64,000 nucleotides of DNA from Microgenomates group bacterium (GTDB taxonomy: Bacteria; Patescibacteriota; Microgenomatia; UBA1400; MFAQ01). The DNA is taken from contig JBAQNH010000002.1 of the NCBI GenBank assembly GCA_049303575.1, positions 247,932-311,931 on the forward strand, read 5' to 3'. This document shows, piece by piece, positions 49,230 through 59,223 of this stretch. Positions within the stretch are counted from its first letter, which is position 1; each line of letters starts with the position of its first letter. The notes beneath the pieces were generated by a model. The model was not told where the DNA came from. It did not search any database and worked only from the letters and a program-made list of their open reading frames with translations. The position numbers were made by a program, and so were the translations under genes.

Positions 49230-50159
49230 ATGGGCACTCCATTCAAATGGATCGCACTCTTTGCCATCGGGCTATTTCTCGGCATATTTTTATTTACTTC
49301 CAAGCCACTACCGATAACTGGTCGACTTCCGGAATTAATTTTTCCCAAAGACTCATCTCCTCTTACCCTTATTTTCACCGGTGATGTTATGCTTGGTCGT
49401 TCCGTCAATACTCGAATTCAAAAATATACCGACCCCACCTGGCCATTCAAAAATATTTCCTCCTTTTTATCTGCTGGAGACTTAACTATCATTAATCTGG
49501 AATCTCCCTTTATCACCGGTTGTCGTCCAACAGATACAGGAATGATTTTTTGTGCCGACCCTAAAAATGTTTTTGGACTCGTCTCTGCCGGTGTGGATAT
49601 TGCCACACTTGTCAACAATCACATCAACAATCAGGGGCGAGAGGGGAAAGATGAAACGGTTTCAATTTTAAAAACAAATGGCATTCTTCCTGTGGTTTCC
49701 GAAAAGACGGAGTTTAATACGGTAAAGAACACCAAACTAGCAATACTATCCTTTTCCGATTTTCCCCAAGTAGATGAAAAAGAGGTCGAGAAACAAATAT
49801 CCACCGCTTCTAAGTCTGCCGACCTCGTCATAACTACTTTTCACTGGGGGGCAGAGTATCAAAGATATCCAACCTCAAGACAGGTATTTCTTGCTCATCT
49901 CGCCATCGATTCCGGTGCTGATATCGTCGTTGGACATCATCCTCACTGGGTTCAAACCGAAGAAATTTATCTTGGCAAACCAATTTACTACTCCCTTGGT
50001 AATCTTATTTTTGATCAAATGTGGTCGGAGGAAACACGTCTCGGTGAAATCTTAAGAGTTACTTACCAAGACGGCAAACTGGTAAAAAAAGAAGTTTTCC
50101 CGATAAAAATTTTTGACTACGGCCAACCCAATTTTTATCCTACTTCGGATCTGAAATAA
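49230..50159 (+). CDS. CapA/PgsA-family (poly-gamma-glutamate synthesis-like) metallophosphatase
   Basis: N-terminal TM helix; TFHWGAEY and GHHPHW motifs. Confidence 0.65.
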   Translation: MGTPFKWIALFAIGLFLGIFLFTSKPLPITGRLPELIFPKDSSPLTLIFTGDVMLGRSVNTRIQKYTDPTWPFKNISSFLSAGDLTIINLESPFITGCRPTDTGMIFCADPKNVFGLVSAGVDIATLVNNHINNQGREGKDETVSILKTNGILPVVSEKTEFNTVKNTKLAILSFSDFPQVDEKEVEKQISTASKSADLVITTFHWGAEYQRYPTSRQVFLAHLAIDSGADIVVGHHPHWVQTEEIYLGKPIYYSLGNLIFDQMWSEETRLGEILRVTYQDGKLVKKEVFPIKIFDYGQPNFYPTSDLK

Positions 50160-51076
50160 GCAATCGTCTGAACGAGTCCTTTTTCCAAAGGAATCAAAGG
50201 TTCCCAGGATAGTTTTTCTTTTGCCAAAGTAATATCCGGTTTTCGGATCTTTGGGTCATCTTTAGGAATATCTTCAAAAACAATCTTGCTTTTTGACTCG
50301 GGAATCATTTTAAGGACAATCTCAGCCAACTCTTTAATCGTAAATTCCCCGGGATTTCCGATATTTACCGGCCCGATAAATCCAAGATTATTTTCCATCA
50401 TTTTCAACATGCCGCTAATTAGATCATCTACATACTGGAAGCTTCTTGTTTGTGAACCATCGCCATAGATCGTGATGTCCTGATTGGAAAGTGCTTGCAC
50501 AATAAAGTTTGAAACCACCCTTCCATCATTTGGATCCATGTTTGGACCATAGGTGTTAAAAATTCTGATTATTCTTACGGGAAGTTCAAATTTTCGAAAA
50601 TAATCGACAATCAATGTCTCTGCCGCTCTTTTCCCTTCGTCATAGCAAGATCGAATTCCAACCGGGTTTACATTACCCCAGTAACTCTCTTTTTGAGGGT
50701 GTTCTAGTGGGTCTCCGTAGACTTCTGACGTCGATGTTTGCAGTAGTCGGCAATTGTTATTTTTTCTAGCCAAATCCAGCATATTCATCACCCCGATCAC
50801 AGAAGTTTTCCAGGTAAAGATAGGGTCTTTTTGATATGCGGGAGGGGAAGCTGGACAAGCTAAGTTATAAATTCTATCTAATCCGGTAATTTCCAAGGGA
50901 TTTACGATATCATGTTCAATTACTGAAAACTTCTCCGACTCCAAGAGTTTCTCAATATTCTTTTTTCTTCCGGTATAAAAATTATCTACACAGATAACCT
51001 CATTACCTTCATCAATAAGCCTTTTACAAAGGTGTGAACCAATAAATCCCGCCCCTCCTGTTACTAGTATTTTCAT
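50135..51076 (-). CDS. UDP-glucuronate decarboxylase (UDP-xylose synthase), NAD-dependent SDR
   Basis: [14 protein letters not shown] Rossmann motif; strong UXS-like similarity throughout. Confidence 0.8.
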   Translation of the reverse strand: MKILVTGGAGFIGSHLCKRLIDEGNEVICVDNFYTGRKKNIEKLLESEKFSVIEHDIVNPLEITGLDRIYNLACPASPPAYQKDPIFTWKTSVIGVMNMLDLARKNNNCRLLQTSTSEVYGDPLEHPQKESYWGNVNPVGIRSCYDEGKRAAETLIVDYFRKFELPVRIIRIFNTYGPNMDPNDGRVVSNFIVQALSNQDITIYGDGSQTRSFQYVDDLISGMLKMMENNLGFIGPVNIGNPGEFTIKELAEIVLKMIPESKSKIVFEDIPKDDPKIRKPDITLAKEKLSWEPLIPLEKGLVQTIAYFRSEVG

Positions 51077-51133
51077 TATGTAATTCTACCCCAGCTTGAC
51101 AACCTTTCTCTTCCGCCTTATAGATTAATCAGT

Positions 51134-52303
51134 ATGAAAAAAATTATTCAACTCTTTTCCTCGTTGGTTCCCGCCTTTTTATTCATTTCTATTTTTGCTT
51201 CCTCCGCCGGAGCAGTTTTTTTTCAAACCGGTGACAGTCTTGTAATACCCAAAGAAAAAATAATCAATGAAACAGCCGTCATTTCCGGTTCTTCGCTTAC
51301 CATTAATTCAAATATCAACGGAGACCTTTTGTGTGCTGGTCAAAATGTTGTAATTAATGGGAACATCAAAGGTGATGTTATTTGTTTTGGTCAAAATATT
51401 AAAATAAACGGCACTGTTGATGGCAATGTTCGTGCTGCAGGCCAGACAATCGAGATCTTTGGCCAAGTTACCAGGAATCTTTCAATTGCCTCACAACAAC
51501 TGGTTCTTGATTCAAAGTCGCAAATAAAAGGTGATGTTTTTTTTGGAGTTCAGAATGTCGAACTGGGTGGTGTCATGGGACGTGACCTAGCCGGAGCCGG
51601 TGACTCAATCACTATTACAGGGTCTCTTTTAAGAAACGCCGTCGTTACGGGAACAAAGCTGTCCATAATTGAAACTGGAAAAATTGGCGGCAACCTTGAC
51701 TACTATATGGAAAAAACAGCCACGGCTTCAATTGGTGAAAAAACTGTCAAAGGAAATATACTAAGACACGATATTGTTACTCCCTCAAAACCTGCATTAG
51801 ACAAAAAAATGGCCGGCATTGCCAACACAGCCATTATCCTCAAAACCATATTTGGAATCCTCTCCTTTGGTCTTCTTGGTTTGGCTATTGTTTTCTTCGA
51901 CAAAAAAGACACCAAAAAGAAAATTTCCGCAATCATCAATAAACCCCTGGTCAGCGGACTTATTGGTTTAGCGATCTTAATCACTGCCCCCTTAGTCTTC
52001 ATTATTATTCTGGCTACGGTTATTGGTATGCCTTTGGCCTTTGTTGTTATGTTTGTTTATATCATTGCTCTAATTACCGCCTCACTCTATCCTTCAGCCA
52101 TATACGGAAAACTCTTTTTTGAAAAAGTGCTTCAAAAAACAAACACCTCTCTTTATTCTCAAATGTTTATGGGAGTAATCCTACTCGGGCTTGTTTCAAT
52201 TATTCCGGTTATTGGTTGGATAATTGCTTTTGTATCATTCTGCATGGGACTTGGAGCCTCTCTCGTTTCAATGTTCCCCGAAAAAGCCGAAACTAAAAAT
52301 TAA
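51134..52303 (+). CDS. membrane-anchored beta-helix repeat protein (bactofilin / polymer-forming-like repeats) with C-terminal multi-TM domain
   Basis: signal/TM N-terminus, repeated INGxIKGDV / GQNVxINGxV units, 4 predicted C-terminal TM helices. Confidence 0.4.
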   Translation: MKKIIQLFSSLVPAFLFISIFASSAGAVFFQTGDSLVIPKEKIINETAVISGSSLTINSNINGDLLCAGQNVVINGNIKGDVICFGQNIKINGTVDGNVRAAGQTIEIFGQVTRNLSIASQQLVLDSKSQIKGDVFFGVQNVELGGVMGRDLAGAGDSITITGSLLRNAVVTGTKLSIIETGKIGGNLDYYMEKTATASIGEKTVKGNILRHDIVTPSKPALDKKMAGIANTAIILKTIFGILSFGLLGLAIVFFDKKDTKKKISAIINKPLVSGLIGLAILITAPLVFIIILATVIGMPLAFVVMFVYIIALITASLYPSAIYGKLFFEKVLQKTNTSLYSQMFMGVILLGLVSIIPVIGWIIAFVSFCMGLGASLVSMFPEKAETKN

Positions 52304-52309
52304 TATCGC

Positions 52310-52690
52310 TCAATAACCCCTTTTTCCTCTGGGTCTTAACATGTTCCTACGTTGCTTTCGACGTTTTTCCTTCTTTCTCTTCGGAAGTTTTTCGTTATGA
52401 ATGAAATTTGGATCTTCCACTGTCAGATAATACTCAAGGCTAACATAAGCACCCTTTAGCTGCTTTCTTACTAAAAGAAGTCTCGCCTCTGTCGTCCGAT
52501 CTTTATCTTTGTGACATGGCTCGGAAAGATGTTGAATATTTTCCTTCGCATTTATTTGCTCATAACTCCACCCCCAGAGCTTCCCAATACATTGGGGAGT
52601 AAAGTGATCTACCGTGTTTCCAACACCGTCACATGACTCGTTATGAACAGGAGCTTCACACGGAGGGTAACAATTAACCTCTTTATTCAT
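52310..52690 (-). CDS. HNH endonuclease with basic C-terminal tail
   Basis: CxxxC ... DHFTPQC ... N ... EPCHKDKD arrangement; KRKKEKRRKQRR tail. Confidence 0.55.
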   Translation of the reverse strand: MNKEVNCYPPCEAPVHNESCDGVGNTVDHFTPQCIGKLWGWSYEQINAKENIQHLSEPCHKDKDRTTEARLLLVRKQLKGAYVSLEYYLTVEDPNFIHNEKLPKRKKEKRRKQRRNMLRPRGKRGY

Positions 52691-52763
52691 TTAGAGAAAA
52701 TATATCACCACAAACTCAAATTACTAGAGGCAAAATATGATACCGGAAGTACAGATCCTTTGT

Positions 52764-53375
52764 TTACATTGACACGCTGTCGGCAAAAACCACCAGACGT
52801 TTGCTATAACTTTTTTTGTTCAAATCCCAAACCCCATCACAAGTAACCAGATTTAAATGAACACCGTCATTCAGATCAAATACTTCTTTTGCATAATCAG
52901 GATTTAAAATACGTTTTTCTCGAACAATAAAAACAAACGACTCTCCCTTATCATCCTCAACATATATCAAACTATTTTCTTTTAATTTATACAAATCGAC
53001 AAACACCCCTGCTTCATCATTCTTTCCATCTAAATGTCCGGCAATAACGGCACTTCCGATCTCCCCGGGGATTGGTCCAATTTTAAACCATCCGGCTTCA
53101 AGAATACTGTTCGGAACCTCCATTTCCCCTTCTGAATTAACGCCAACTTGCTGAATAGCGGTATCGACGTTGATTGCTGGTATTATTAGGCGTACCGGAA
53201 TTCCCGGTCTCTTACTCTGTTCTTCGACCCCCAAAACTTTGATTTTCTCGTTTGGTAAAGTTTGTCGATCATGAACCTGAATTTTGTATAGTCCAATCGA
53301 AGATATTAAAAACAACACAAAAGAAAATGTCATTAACACAACACGTTCTCTTAGTCTTGTCCAGTGAATAAACAT
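52764..53375 (-). CDS. sortase family transpeptidase (second copy)
   Basis: N-terminal TM helix, IAGH, LNLVTC (TLxTC), RLVV motifs. Confidence 0.7.
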   Translation of the reverse strand: MFIHWTRLRERVVLMTFSFVLFLISSIGLYKIQVHDRQTLPNEKIKVLGVEEQSKRPGIPVRLIIPAINVDTAIQQVGVNSEGEMEVPNSILEAGWFKIGPIPGEIGSAVIAGHLDGKNDEAGVFVDLYKLKENSLIYVEDDKGESFVFIVREKRILNPDYAKEVFDLNDGVHLNLVTCDGVWDLNKKSYSKRLVVFADSVSM

Positions 53376-53403
53376 ACTATTACTTTCAACAATCTCATTT
53401 CTA

Positions 53404-54579
53404 TCAGACTCTCTTTCGCTCTCCCCTGGAAATGAAGTAAATGCCCAAACCTAAAAGCGTTCCCACTAGAACACTCCAATAATTATTATTACTCTCTCCA
53501 CCAGTCCCCGCATTAGGTAATCTTGGTCCTCCCACAAGAACTGCGGCTTCAAAAGTTCCAATCTGACACTCATTTCTGGCGGCCACTTGCACCCAGATTG
53601 GTTGGTTTGCCGGGAGGGCATTAATCGTCGTTGAAAATCCCGTCACATCCACGTTGTAAATCAAATTATCCTTTGTCGTTCCATAACGGACAATAAAATC
53701 ATTCGTTCCAGAGTAAGGTCCCCAGCTAATATAAATACTATCCGCATCCACTCTTCTTGAATCAATTATGTTTGGTGCAATAACTCCGAGATCTATAGTT
53801 GGACAAAATGGATTTGGAGCGCTATTGTCACCGATTGATGATCCAACTGAAGATGTCGTTGTGGTTGAAGCGGTACAGGTTGGTCCACTTATTGTATTGC
53901 CGTCCAGTGTCACTGTACCTGCATCTTGGACTAAGAGACGACCATTCAGAGTCGCACCTGTATTCATAGCATTTACGCCGTTAAGAGCCAATATATTTCC
54001 TATAAACGAAGTGGTTGTGCCAAGGGTTACTGAGCTACCAACTCTCCACCATACATTGCAAGGGTCACCACCGGTAACAGACGAACCGGACGAGGTGATC
54101 AGCGTCGATACTGTTTTAAAAATCCAAACCCCCGACCCTGCAAGAGTTAGATTTCCGGAAAGTGAGAAACTACTTGTTGAACAATAAACGCCTGGACTAA
54201 GTGGAGAAATCAAGGTTAAATCTTGAGCCCCATATGTTTGATCACATGTTTGGTCTAATGTACCGAAAGCTGTGAGATTGTCTGCTTGTGCCGCTATTGC
54301 GCTTGCATCATTGTTGTGCAGATAAACTGCATTATTTCCACCGGCTATTCCCGGAGGGAAGCCTGTTAATGACGTTCCTGAGCTGACTCCAACATTTCCG
54401 GTTGTTGTTGTCGAACCGGTATTCGTCACCGCCTGTCCTCCAAGAACGGAATAGCTTGATGCACCCACTAGTATTGGTGAGGTTGCTGCATACACCGGTG
54501 TCGCCAAGAAAAAAAATAAAGCAGGGATAAAAATCTGCACCAAACTCAACCCAAAAGAAAAAACTCTACCTTTTTTCAT
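53404..54579 (-). CDS. secreted surface protein: signal peptide, DUF3494 ice-binding-like domain, FN3-like domain, C-terminal LPNAG sorting signal
   Basis: signal peptide ending VYA; TGxT/GxS-rich DUF3494-like N-terminal region (VTGFPPGI); C-terminus LPNAG + hydrophobic stretch + RGERKRV. Confidence 0.6.
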   Translation of the reverse strand: MKKGRVFSFGLSLVQIFIPALFFFLATPVYAATSPILVGASSYSVLGGQAVTNTGSTTTTGNVGVSSGTSLTGFPPGIAGGNNAVYLHNNDASAIAAQADNLTAFGTLDQTCDQTYGAQDLTLISPLSPGVYCSTSSFSLSGNLTLAGSGVWIFKTVSTLITSSGSSVTGGDPCNVWWRVGSSVTLGTTTSFIGNILALNGVNAMNTGATLNGRLLVQDAGTVTLDGNTISGPTCTASTTTTSSVGSSIGDNSAPNPFCPTIDLGVIAPNIIDSRRVDADSIYISWGPYSGTNDFIVRYGTTKDNLIYNVDVTGFSTTINALPANQPIWVQVAARNECQIGTFEAAVLVGGPRLPNAGTGGESNNNYWSVLVGTLLGLGIYFISRGERKRV

Positions 54580-54685
54580 AATTTTTTATACTAATACTAC
54601 ATCCAATGTATCCAAAAATTATTAAAAAGTCAAACTTAAGTTGTAAAGAAGCTTACAAGTTATTTATCCTCAGTCTAGTCCCAAA

Positions 54686-54759
54686 TGGTCGGGGTGTGGA
54701 GAGTTGAACTCCAGCCGTGCGGCCCCCAGCCGCAAATACTACCGTTATACTACACCCCG
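54686..54759 (-). tRNA. tRNA-Pro (anticodon GGG)
   Basis: manual fold: acceptor CGGGGTG/CACCCCG, anticodon stem TGCGG/CCGCA, loop CTGGGGG, T-arm TGGAG-TTCAACT-CTCCA, encoded CCA. Confidence 0.8.
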
Positions 54760-54831
54760 AATGTGAAAATTATATCATGTAGAAGCCAAAACAGGCTTGA
54801 AGTTTCGGTAAAACTTTGGTTTAATTAATAT

Positions 54832-55611
54832 ATGACCCGTATTTTAATAATTTGTTCCTTCTGTAAGGGAAAAATATATCGAAATCCGAGCAGTATAAAT
54901 AGTAAACATAATTTTTGTAATCATCACTGTTCAGCTTCGTTTACCAACAGAAAAAGAACTACAAAACTATCGGTTTTAAGAAAAACTCGGGTAATTCTAT
55001 CTCCGCTTTGCAAGCAGTTTGGCTGTTCCAATCACATTGGTCTAGAAAATAAAATATTTTGTTCATATCAATGTAAAAAAGCCTTCTATCAAAGCGGACA
55101 CTCACAATTCAAAGAAGAAAGTATAAAAAGGGTCAGTTCCTTCATGAAAGAATATGGCAGATTACCTGTTAAACGAGAGTTTTCTCAAGGATACAAAAGA
55201 ATTCTTCACGTCTTTGGTTCCTGGAATAATCTGATCAAATCTGCGGGTTTCGAACCCAATCCGGTATTATTTTCTCGGAAATATATCGCCAACGACGGAC
55301 ACGGATGTGACTCTTTATCTGAAAAAATTATTGATGATTGGATGTTTGCACGGAAGATTCCACACCTGATAAAAGAAAAATATCCTTGGAATAACGGCAT
55401 GACAGCTGATTTTAAAGTTGGTGAATATTGGATTGAATTATTTGGACTTGTTGGTCAATTGAAGTCATATGATTGTTTAATGAAAATAAAACTTCAAAAA
55501 GTCAAAGAACACAATTTAAACTTAATTAGTTTATTTTTAAGTGATTTGTTTCCACATAATCATCTTCAAGATAAATTAGACATCTTGCGAAAACGGTCAA
55601 CTTATCTATAA
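54832..55611 (+). CDS. hypothetical Cys-rich (zinc-ribbon) protein, strongly AT-rich gene
   Basis: several CxxC/CxxxC pairs in the N-terminal 90 aa; composition far below the window average. Confidence 0.4.
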   Translation: MTRILIICSFCKGKIYRNPSSINSKHNFCNHHCSASFTNRKRTTKLSVLRKTRVILSPLCKQFGCSNHIGLENKIFCSYQCKKAFYQSGHSQFKEESIKRVSSFMKEYGRLPVKREFSQGYKRILHVFGSWNNLIKSAGFEPNPVLFSRKYIANDGHGCDSLSEKIIDDWMFARKIPHLIKEKYPWNNGMTADFKVGEYWIELFGLVGQLKSYDCLMKIKLQKVKEHNLNLISLFLSDLFPHNHLQDKLDILRKRSTYL

Positions 55612-55644
55612 TGACTAGTAGATTAGCAAAAAACCCGAAAGTTT

Positions 55645-56700
55645 ATGCCCAAAAAAGCAAAAGAAGAGAAAGCCAAAGTTGTCCAAGTAAGTAACAATGA
55701 CGACCGTTTAACTGCTGTCAAAATTGCTATGCAACAAATCACCAAGCAGTATGGTGAAGGCGCCATCATGCGTATGGGGTCAGACAAAATCAACGAAAAA
55801 ATCCCCGTCATTTCTTCCGGTTCAATCAGTCTTGATCTTGCTCTCGGTGTTGGTGGCTTTCCTAAAGGCAGAATTATCGAAATCTACGGTCCAGAAGCCT
55901 CGGGTAAAACCACACTTGCCCTCCACGTCATATCCGAAGCCCAAAAAGCGGGTGGAGTCGCTGCCTTCATCGACGCCGAACACGCTGTCGACCCAACCAG
56001 AGCCAAGTCTATTGGCGTTGACCTGGATAGTCTCTTACTTTCCCAGCCGGACAACGGTGAACAAGCTCTTGAAATAGCCGAAACCCTCATTCGTTCAGGT
56101 GGTGTTGATGTTGTCGTCATTGACTCAGTCGCCGCCCTTGTCCCCAAAGCCGAAATTGAAGGCGAGATGGGGGATGCTTCTATGGGCATGCAAGCCAGAC
56201 TCATGAGTCAAGCCCTAAGAAAGATTACCGGCGCCATTTCCAAGAGCAAATGTATCGTCATTTTTACCAATCAACTTCGCGATAAAATCGGTGTCATGTT
56301 TGGTAACCCGGAAGTGACCACCGGAGGAAAAGCTCTCAAATTTTATGCTTCGATTCGTATTGACATGCGTAAAATTGGCAACATCCAAGAAGGTGAAGAA
56401 ATTGTTGGTTCTCGTCACCGTGCCAAAATCGTCAAAAATAAAGTGGCCTCTCCTTTCAGATCAGCGGAATTCGACATTCTCAATATTGGTGGCATTAGTA
56501 AGCTGGGGGATCTTTTAGACACTGCCATCGCTTACGAAATTATCGAAAAGGCCGGTGCTTTCCTGAAATACAATGGCGAAACCATTGCCCAGGGAAGAGA
56601 GGCTGCCAAAGCCATTCTGGCCGAAAAACCGGAAATGATCGAAAAAATCAAGAAAGAAGTCGTTGCTAAAGTCAATGCCGGAGCAACTATCACCAAGTGA
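55645..56700 (+). CDS. recA: recombinase RecA
   Basis: GPEASGKTT Walker A, full RecA core. Confidence 0.97.
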   Translation: MPKKAKEEKAKVVQVSNNDDRLTAVKIAMQQITKQYGEGAIMRMGSDKINEKIPVISSGSISLDLALGVGGFPKGRIIEIYGPEASGKTTLALHVISEAQKAGGVAAFIDAEHAVDPTRAKSIGVDLDSLLLSQPDNGEQALEIAETLIRSGGVDVVVIDSVAALVPKAEIEGEMGDASMGMQARLMSQALRKITGAISKSKCIVIFTNQLRDKIGVMFGNPEVTTGGKALKFYASIRIDMRKIGNIQEGEEIVGSRHRAKIVKNKVASPFRSAEFDILNIGGISKLGDLLDTAIAYEIIEKAGAFLKYNGETIAQGREAAKAILAEKPEMIEKIKKEVVAKVNAGATITK

Positions 56701-57151
56701 GATCAGAGCTAGCCTCGTAAAATACGCCGCCTTTTGTCTCAGTCGAAGACCGTATTTTGAGGAAACAATTCGTCAAAAGCTTGTTTTAAGGTCCAAAAAG
56801 CTCAATATTAAAAACGCTATCAAGGTAATTGCAGACATTCTAAAAGATCTTAAAAAGAGCGGTTATCTCGACGATCCCTACCTGGCTCAGGCTTTCGCCA
56901 GGCGTCAGCTTGATAAGTGTTATGGCCCTAGGATAATTAGCCTCAAACTAGGCAGAATGAAGCTAAACAGGGAGGTAATAGATCTCGCTTTAGAGGAAGC
57001 AAGCGTCGACAAACAGGTTGCCGCCATCAGAAAATATGCCCTCAAGTACCCCAAACTAGACAAATATCGGATTACCTCCAAGCTATATTCAAGAGGGTTT
57101 AGCTCCTCCGCCATAAATAAACTATTTGACTCAGAGTACATTGGAGACTAA
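56663..57151 (+). CDS. recX: RecA regulator RecX
   Basis: three-helix repeat pattern; immediately downstream of and overlapping recA. Confidence 0.7.
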   Translation: MLKSMPEQLSPSEIRASLVKYAAFCLSRRPYFEETIRQKLVLRSKKLNIKNAIKVIADILKDLKKSGYLDDPYLAQAFARRQLDKCYGPRIISLKLGRMKLNREVIDLALEEASVDKQVAAIRKYALKYPKLDKYRITSKLYSRGFSSSAINKLFDSEYIGD

Positions 57152-57304
57152 AATATGGTTACTAATCTAAGAAGTCACTCTTAAAATTACGCAATGTTCG
57201 ATATAAGCAATACCAATATAAAAACAATTCAGTCGCTCCGCGGCTGAGTTTGCGTGGTTTCCCTGGGTTTCTCTTAGACTAGGTTTAATATTTTTTATAA
57301 ACCG

Positions 57305-58861
57305 ATGTCATTACTATCAATTTTCAAAACCAATCTTTTTAAGGCTTCCGCCGTTCCTTCTTCGCCTGCCAAAAAAATAACCTCTCCGGAGACAGTCACT
57401 GTCAAAAAAGAGGAAACCAAAGTTTCCGCTCCTTCCGTCGATACCGCCGCCATTATTGCCCAAGCTCAAGCCCAAGCTCAAAACCAGGCCAGAGAGATTA
57501 TTCTCGCTGCCAAAGACGAAGCTTTCAAGCTCAAAGATCAAGCTCTCAAAGATACCCGAATTCAGCTTGAAGATATTGAAATTAGAGTCAAGGCCTTAGC
57601 TCAAAAACAGCAAGGTCTGCAAACTCTAGAGGACGAGGTTAGAAAAGAAAAACTCACTCTGGAAGCCCAGCAAAAGCAAGCCGAAGAAATGAAAGCCAAG
57701 ATTGCTGAAGAAGAAACTGCTATGGCCAAAAAACTGGAGAAAATTGCCTCTCTAACCACAGAACAAGCCAAGAAAGAGCTACTGGCCCAAGTAGAAAAGG
57801 GCTCTTCACAAGAAATAGCCAGAATTATTAAAGAAACCGAAGAAAAAGCCAAAATTGAGGCCGAAGATGTCGCCAGAGAAATACTTGTTGACTCTATGCG
57901 CGCCGGAGCTACCGACTATGTTGCCGAGTACACCATTTCTACCGTTCCAATCCCGGACGAAGAAACCAAAGGCCGCATCATTGGTAAGGACGGACGAAAC
58001 ATTCGTATCTTTGAAAAAGTGTCTGGCTGTGATGTTTCTATGGATGACGCCCCTGATGAGGTAAAACTCAGTAGTTTTGATCCAGTAAGACGCGAAATCG
58101 CTCGTGTAACCCTAATTCGCTTAATTAAAGACGGTCGTATTCACCCCGCTCGCATTGAAGAGTACTTCGACAGAGCCCGTCGTGACGTCGAACAGCTAAT
58201 GTTCCAGGAAGGTCAGAAACTTTGTCACGCCGTTGGTGTTTACAACATGCCCCGTGACGTCATCGCCGTACTTGGTCGTTTTAAATTCCGTACTTCCTAT
58301 GGCCAGAACATGATTAGTCACACCCTCGAGGAAACCAGAATAGGTATCAAACTCGGAAACGAAGTAGGCGCCAACATCGACACTATTCGACTTGGCTGTC
58401 TTCTCCATGACATTGGTAAGGTTATCGAAGGAGAAGGTAATCATGTAGAGTTAGGTGTCAATTATCTTAAAAAATATAACCTTCCTCAGGCAGCTATAGA
58501 CTGTGTCGCCCAACATCACGAGGACGAGGAGTTTAGCTCCGTCGAGTCCATGCTTGTTTATATCTCGGATGCCATCTCAGGTAGTCGCCCTGGTGCTCGC
58601 CATGAAAACACCGAAGAGTATGGCAAGAGAATTAAGCAACTTGAAGAAATAGCTAAAAAACATCCTGAAGTAGAAGATGCTTACGCTATCTCGGCCGGTC
58701 GTGAAATTCGTGTCATTGTTAATCCTGGCAAAGCTGGTGATGATCAGTTGTCGATTCTGGCTCAAGCCATTCGCGACGAGATTCGCTCAACCATGACCTT
58801 CCCTGGTACCGTCAAGGTCAACGTCATTCGCGAGACCAGAGCTGCCGAGATTGCAAGTTAG
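57305..58861 (+). CDS. rny: ribonuclease Y
   Basis: long coiled-coil N-terminus, KH domain (GRIIGKDGRNIR), HD domain. Confidence 0.9.
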   Translation: MSLLSIFKTNLFKASAVPSSPAKKITSPETVTVKKEETKVSAPSVDTAAIIAQAQAQAQNQAREIILAAKDEAFKLKDQALKDTRIQLEDIEIRVKALAQKQQGLQTLEDEVRKEKLTLEAQQKQAEEMKAKIAEEETAMAKKLEKIASLTTEQAKKELLAQVEKGSSQEIARIIKETEEKAKIEAEDVAREILVDSMRAGATDYVAEYTISTVPIPDEETKGRIIGKDGRNIRIFEKVSGCDVSMDDAPDEVKLSSFDPVRREIARVTLIRLIKDGRIHPARIEEYFDRARRDVEQLMFQEGQKLCHAVGVYNMPRDVIAVLGRFKFRTSYGQNMISHTLEETRIGIKLGNEVGANIDTIRLGCLLHDIGKVIEGEGNHVELGVNYLKKYNLPQAAIDCVAQHHEDEEFSSVESMLVYISDAISGSRPGARHENTEEYGKRIKQLEEIAKKHPEVEDAYAISAGREIRVIVNPGKAGDDQLSILAQAIRDEIRSTMTFPGTVKVNVIRETRAAEIAS

Positions 58862-58863
58862 AC

Positions 58864-58893
58864 TTGCACAAACCGCTCTTTTGGTGGTAACAT
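58864..58893 (+). promoter_or_regulatory. putative promoter for hup (TTGCAC, 18 nt spacer, TGgTAACAT)
   Basis: hexamers with extended -10 TG; RBS AAGGGGG before ATG 58948. Confidence 0.4.
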
Positions 58894-58947
58894 CAGCTAA
58901 ATTAATTAACACTTTGCTGCCCAATCACCTTAAGGGGGTGAAAAAAT

Positions 58948-59223
58948 ATGACCAAACAAACACTCATCGGCATAGTGTCCAAAAAGGTACACTTGACCAA
59001 GAAGGCAGTTAAAGAAACTGTAGACACATTTTTCGAAGAATCTATTGTCGCGCTCGGTAAAGGAGAAAAAGTAGTTATTTCCGGTTTTGGTACTTTTTAT
59101 GTAGGAAAAGTTGATGACAAACAAGTTGTTCCTTTCGGTAATGAAGGTAAAAGACAAGTTGTTAAAGGTCACAAAGTCATTAATTTCCACGTCGGTAAGC
59201 CATTAAAAAAGAAGGTTTGGTAA
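58948..59223 (+). CDS. hup: DNA-binding protein HU/IHF family
   Basis: 91 aa; GFGTF motif. Confidence 0.9.
   Translation: MTKQTLIGIVSKKVHLTKKAVKETVDTFFEESIVALGKGEKVVISGFGTFYVGKVDDKQVVPFGNEGKRQVVKGHKVINFHVGKPLKKKVW

Noticed and set aside
57152-57304. Possible small RNA or tRNA in the recX-rny spacer (GC-rich patch CAGTCGCTCCGCGGCTGAG)
   Set aside because: It could not be folded into a tRNA cloverleaf or a convincing hairpin. It is probably just the rny promoter or leader region.
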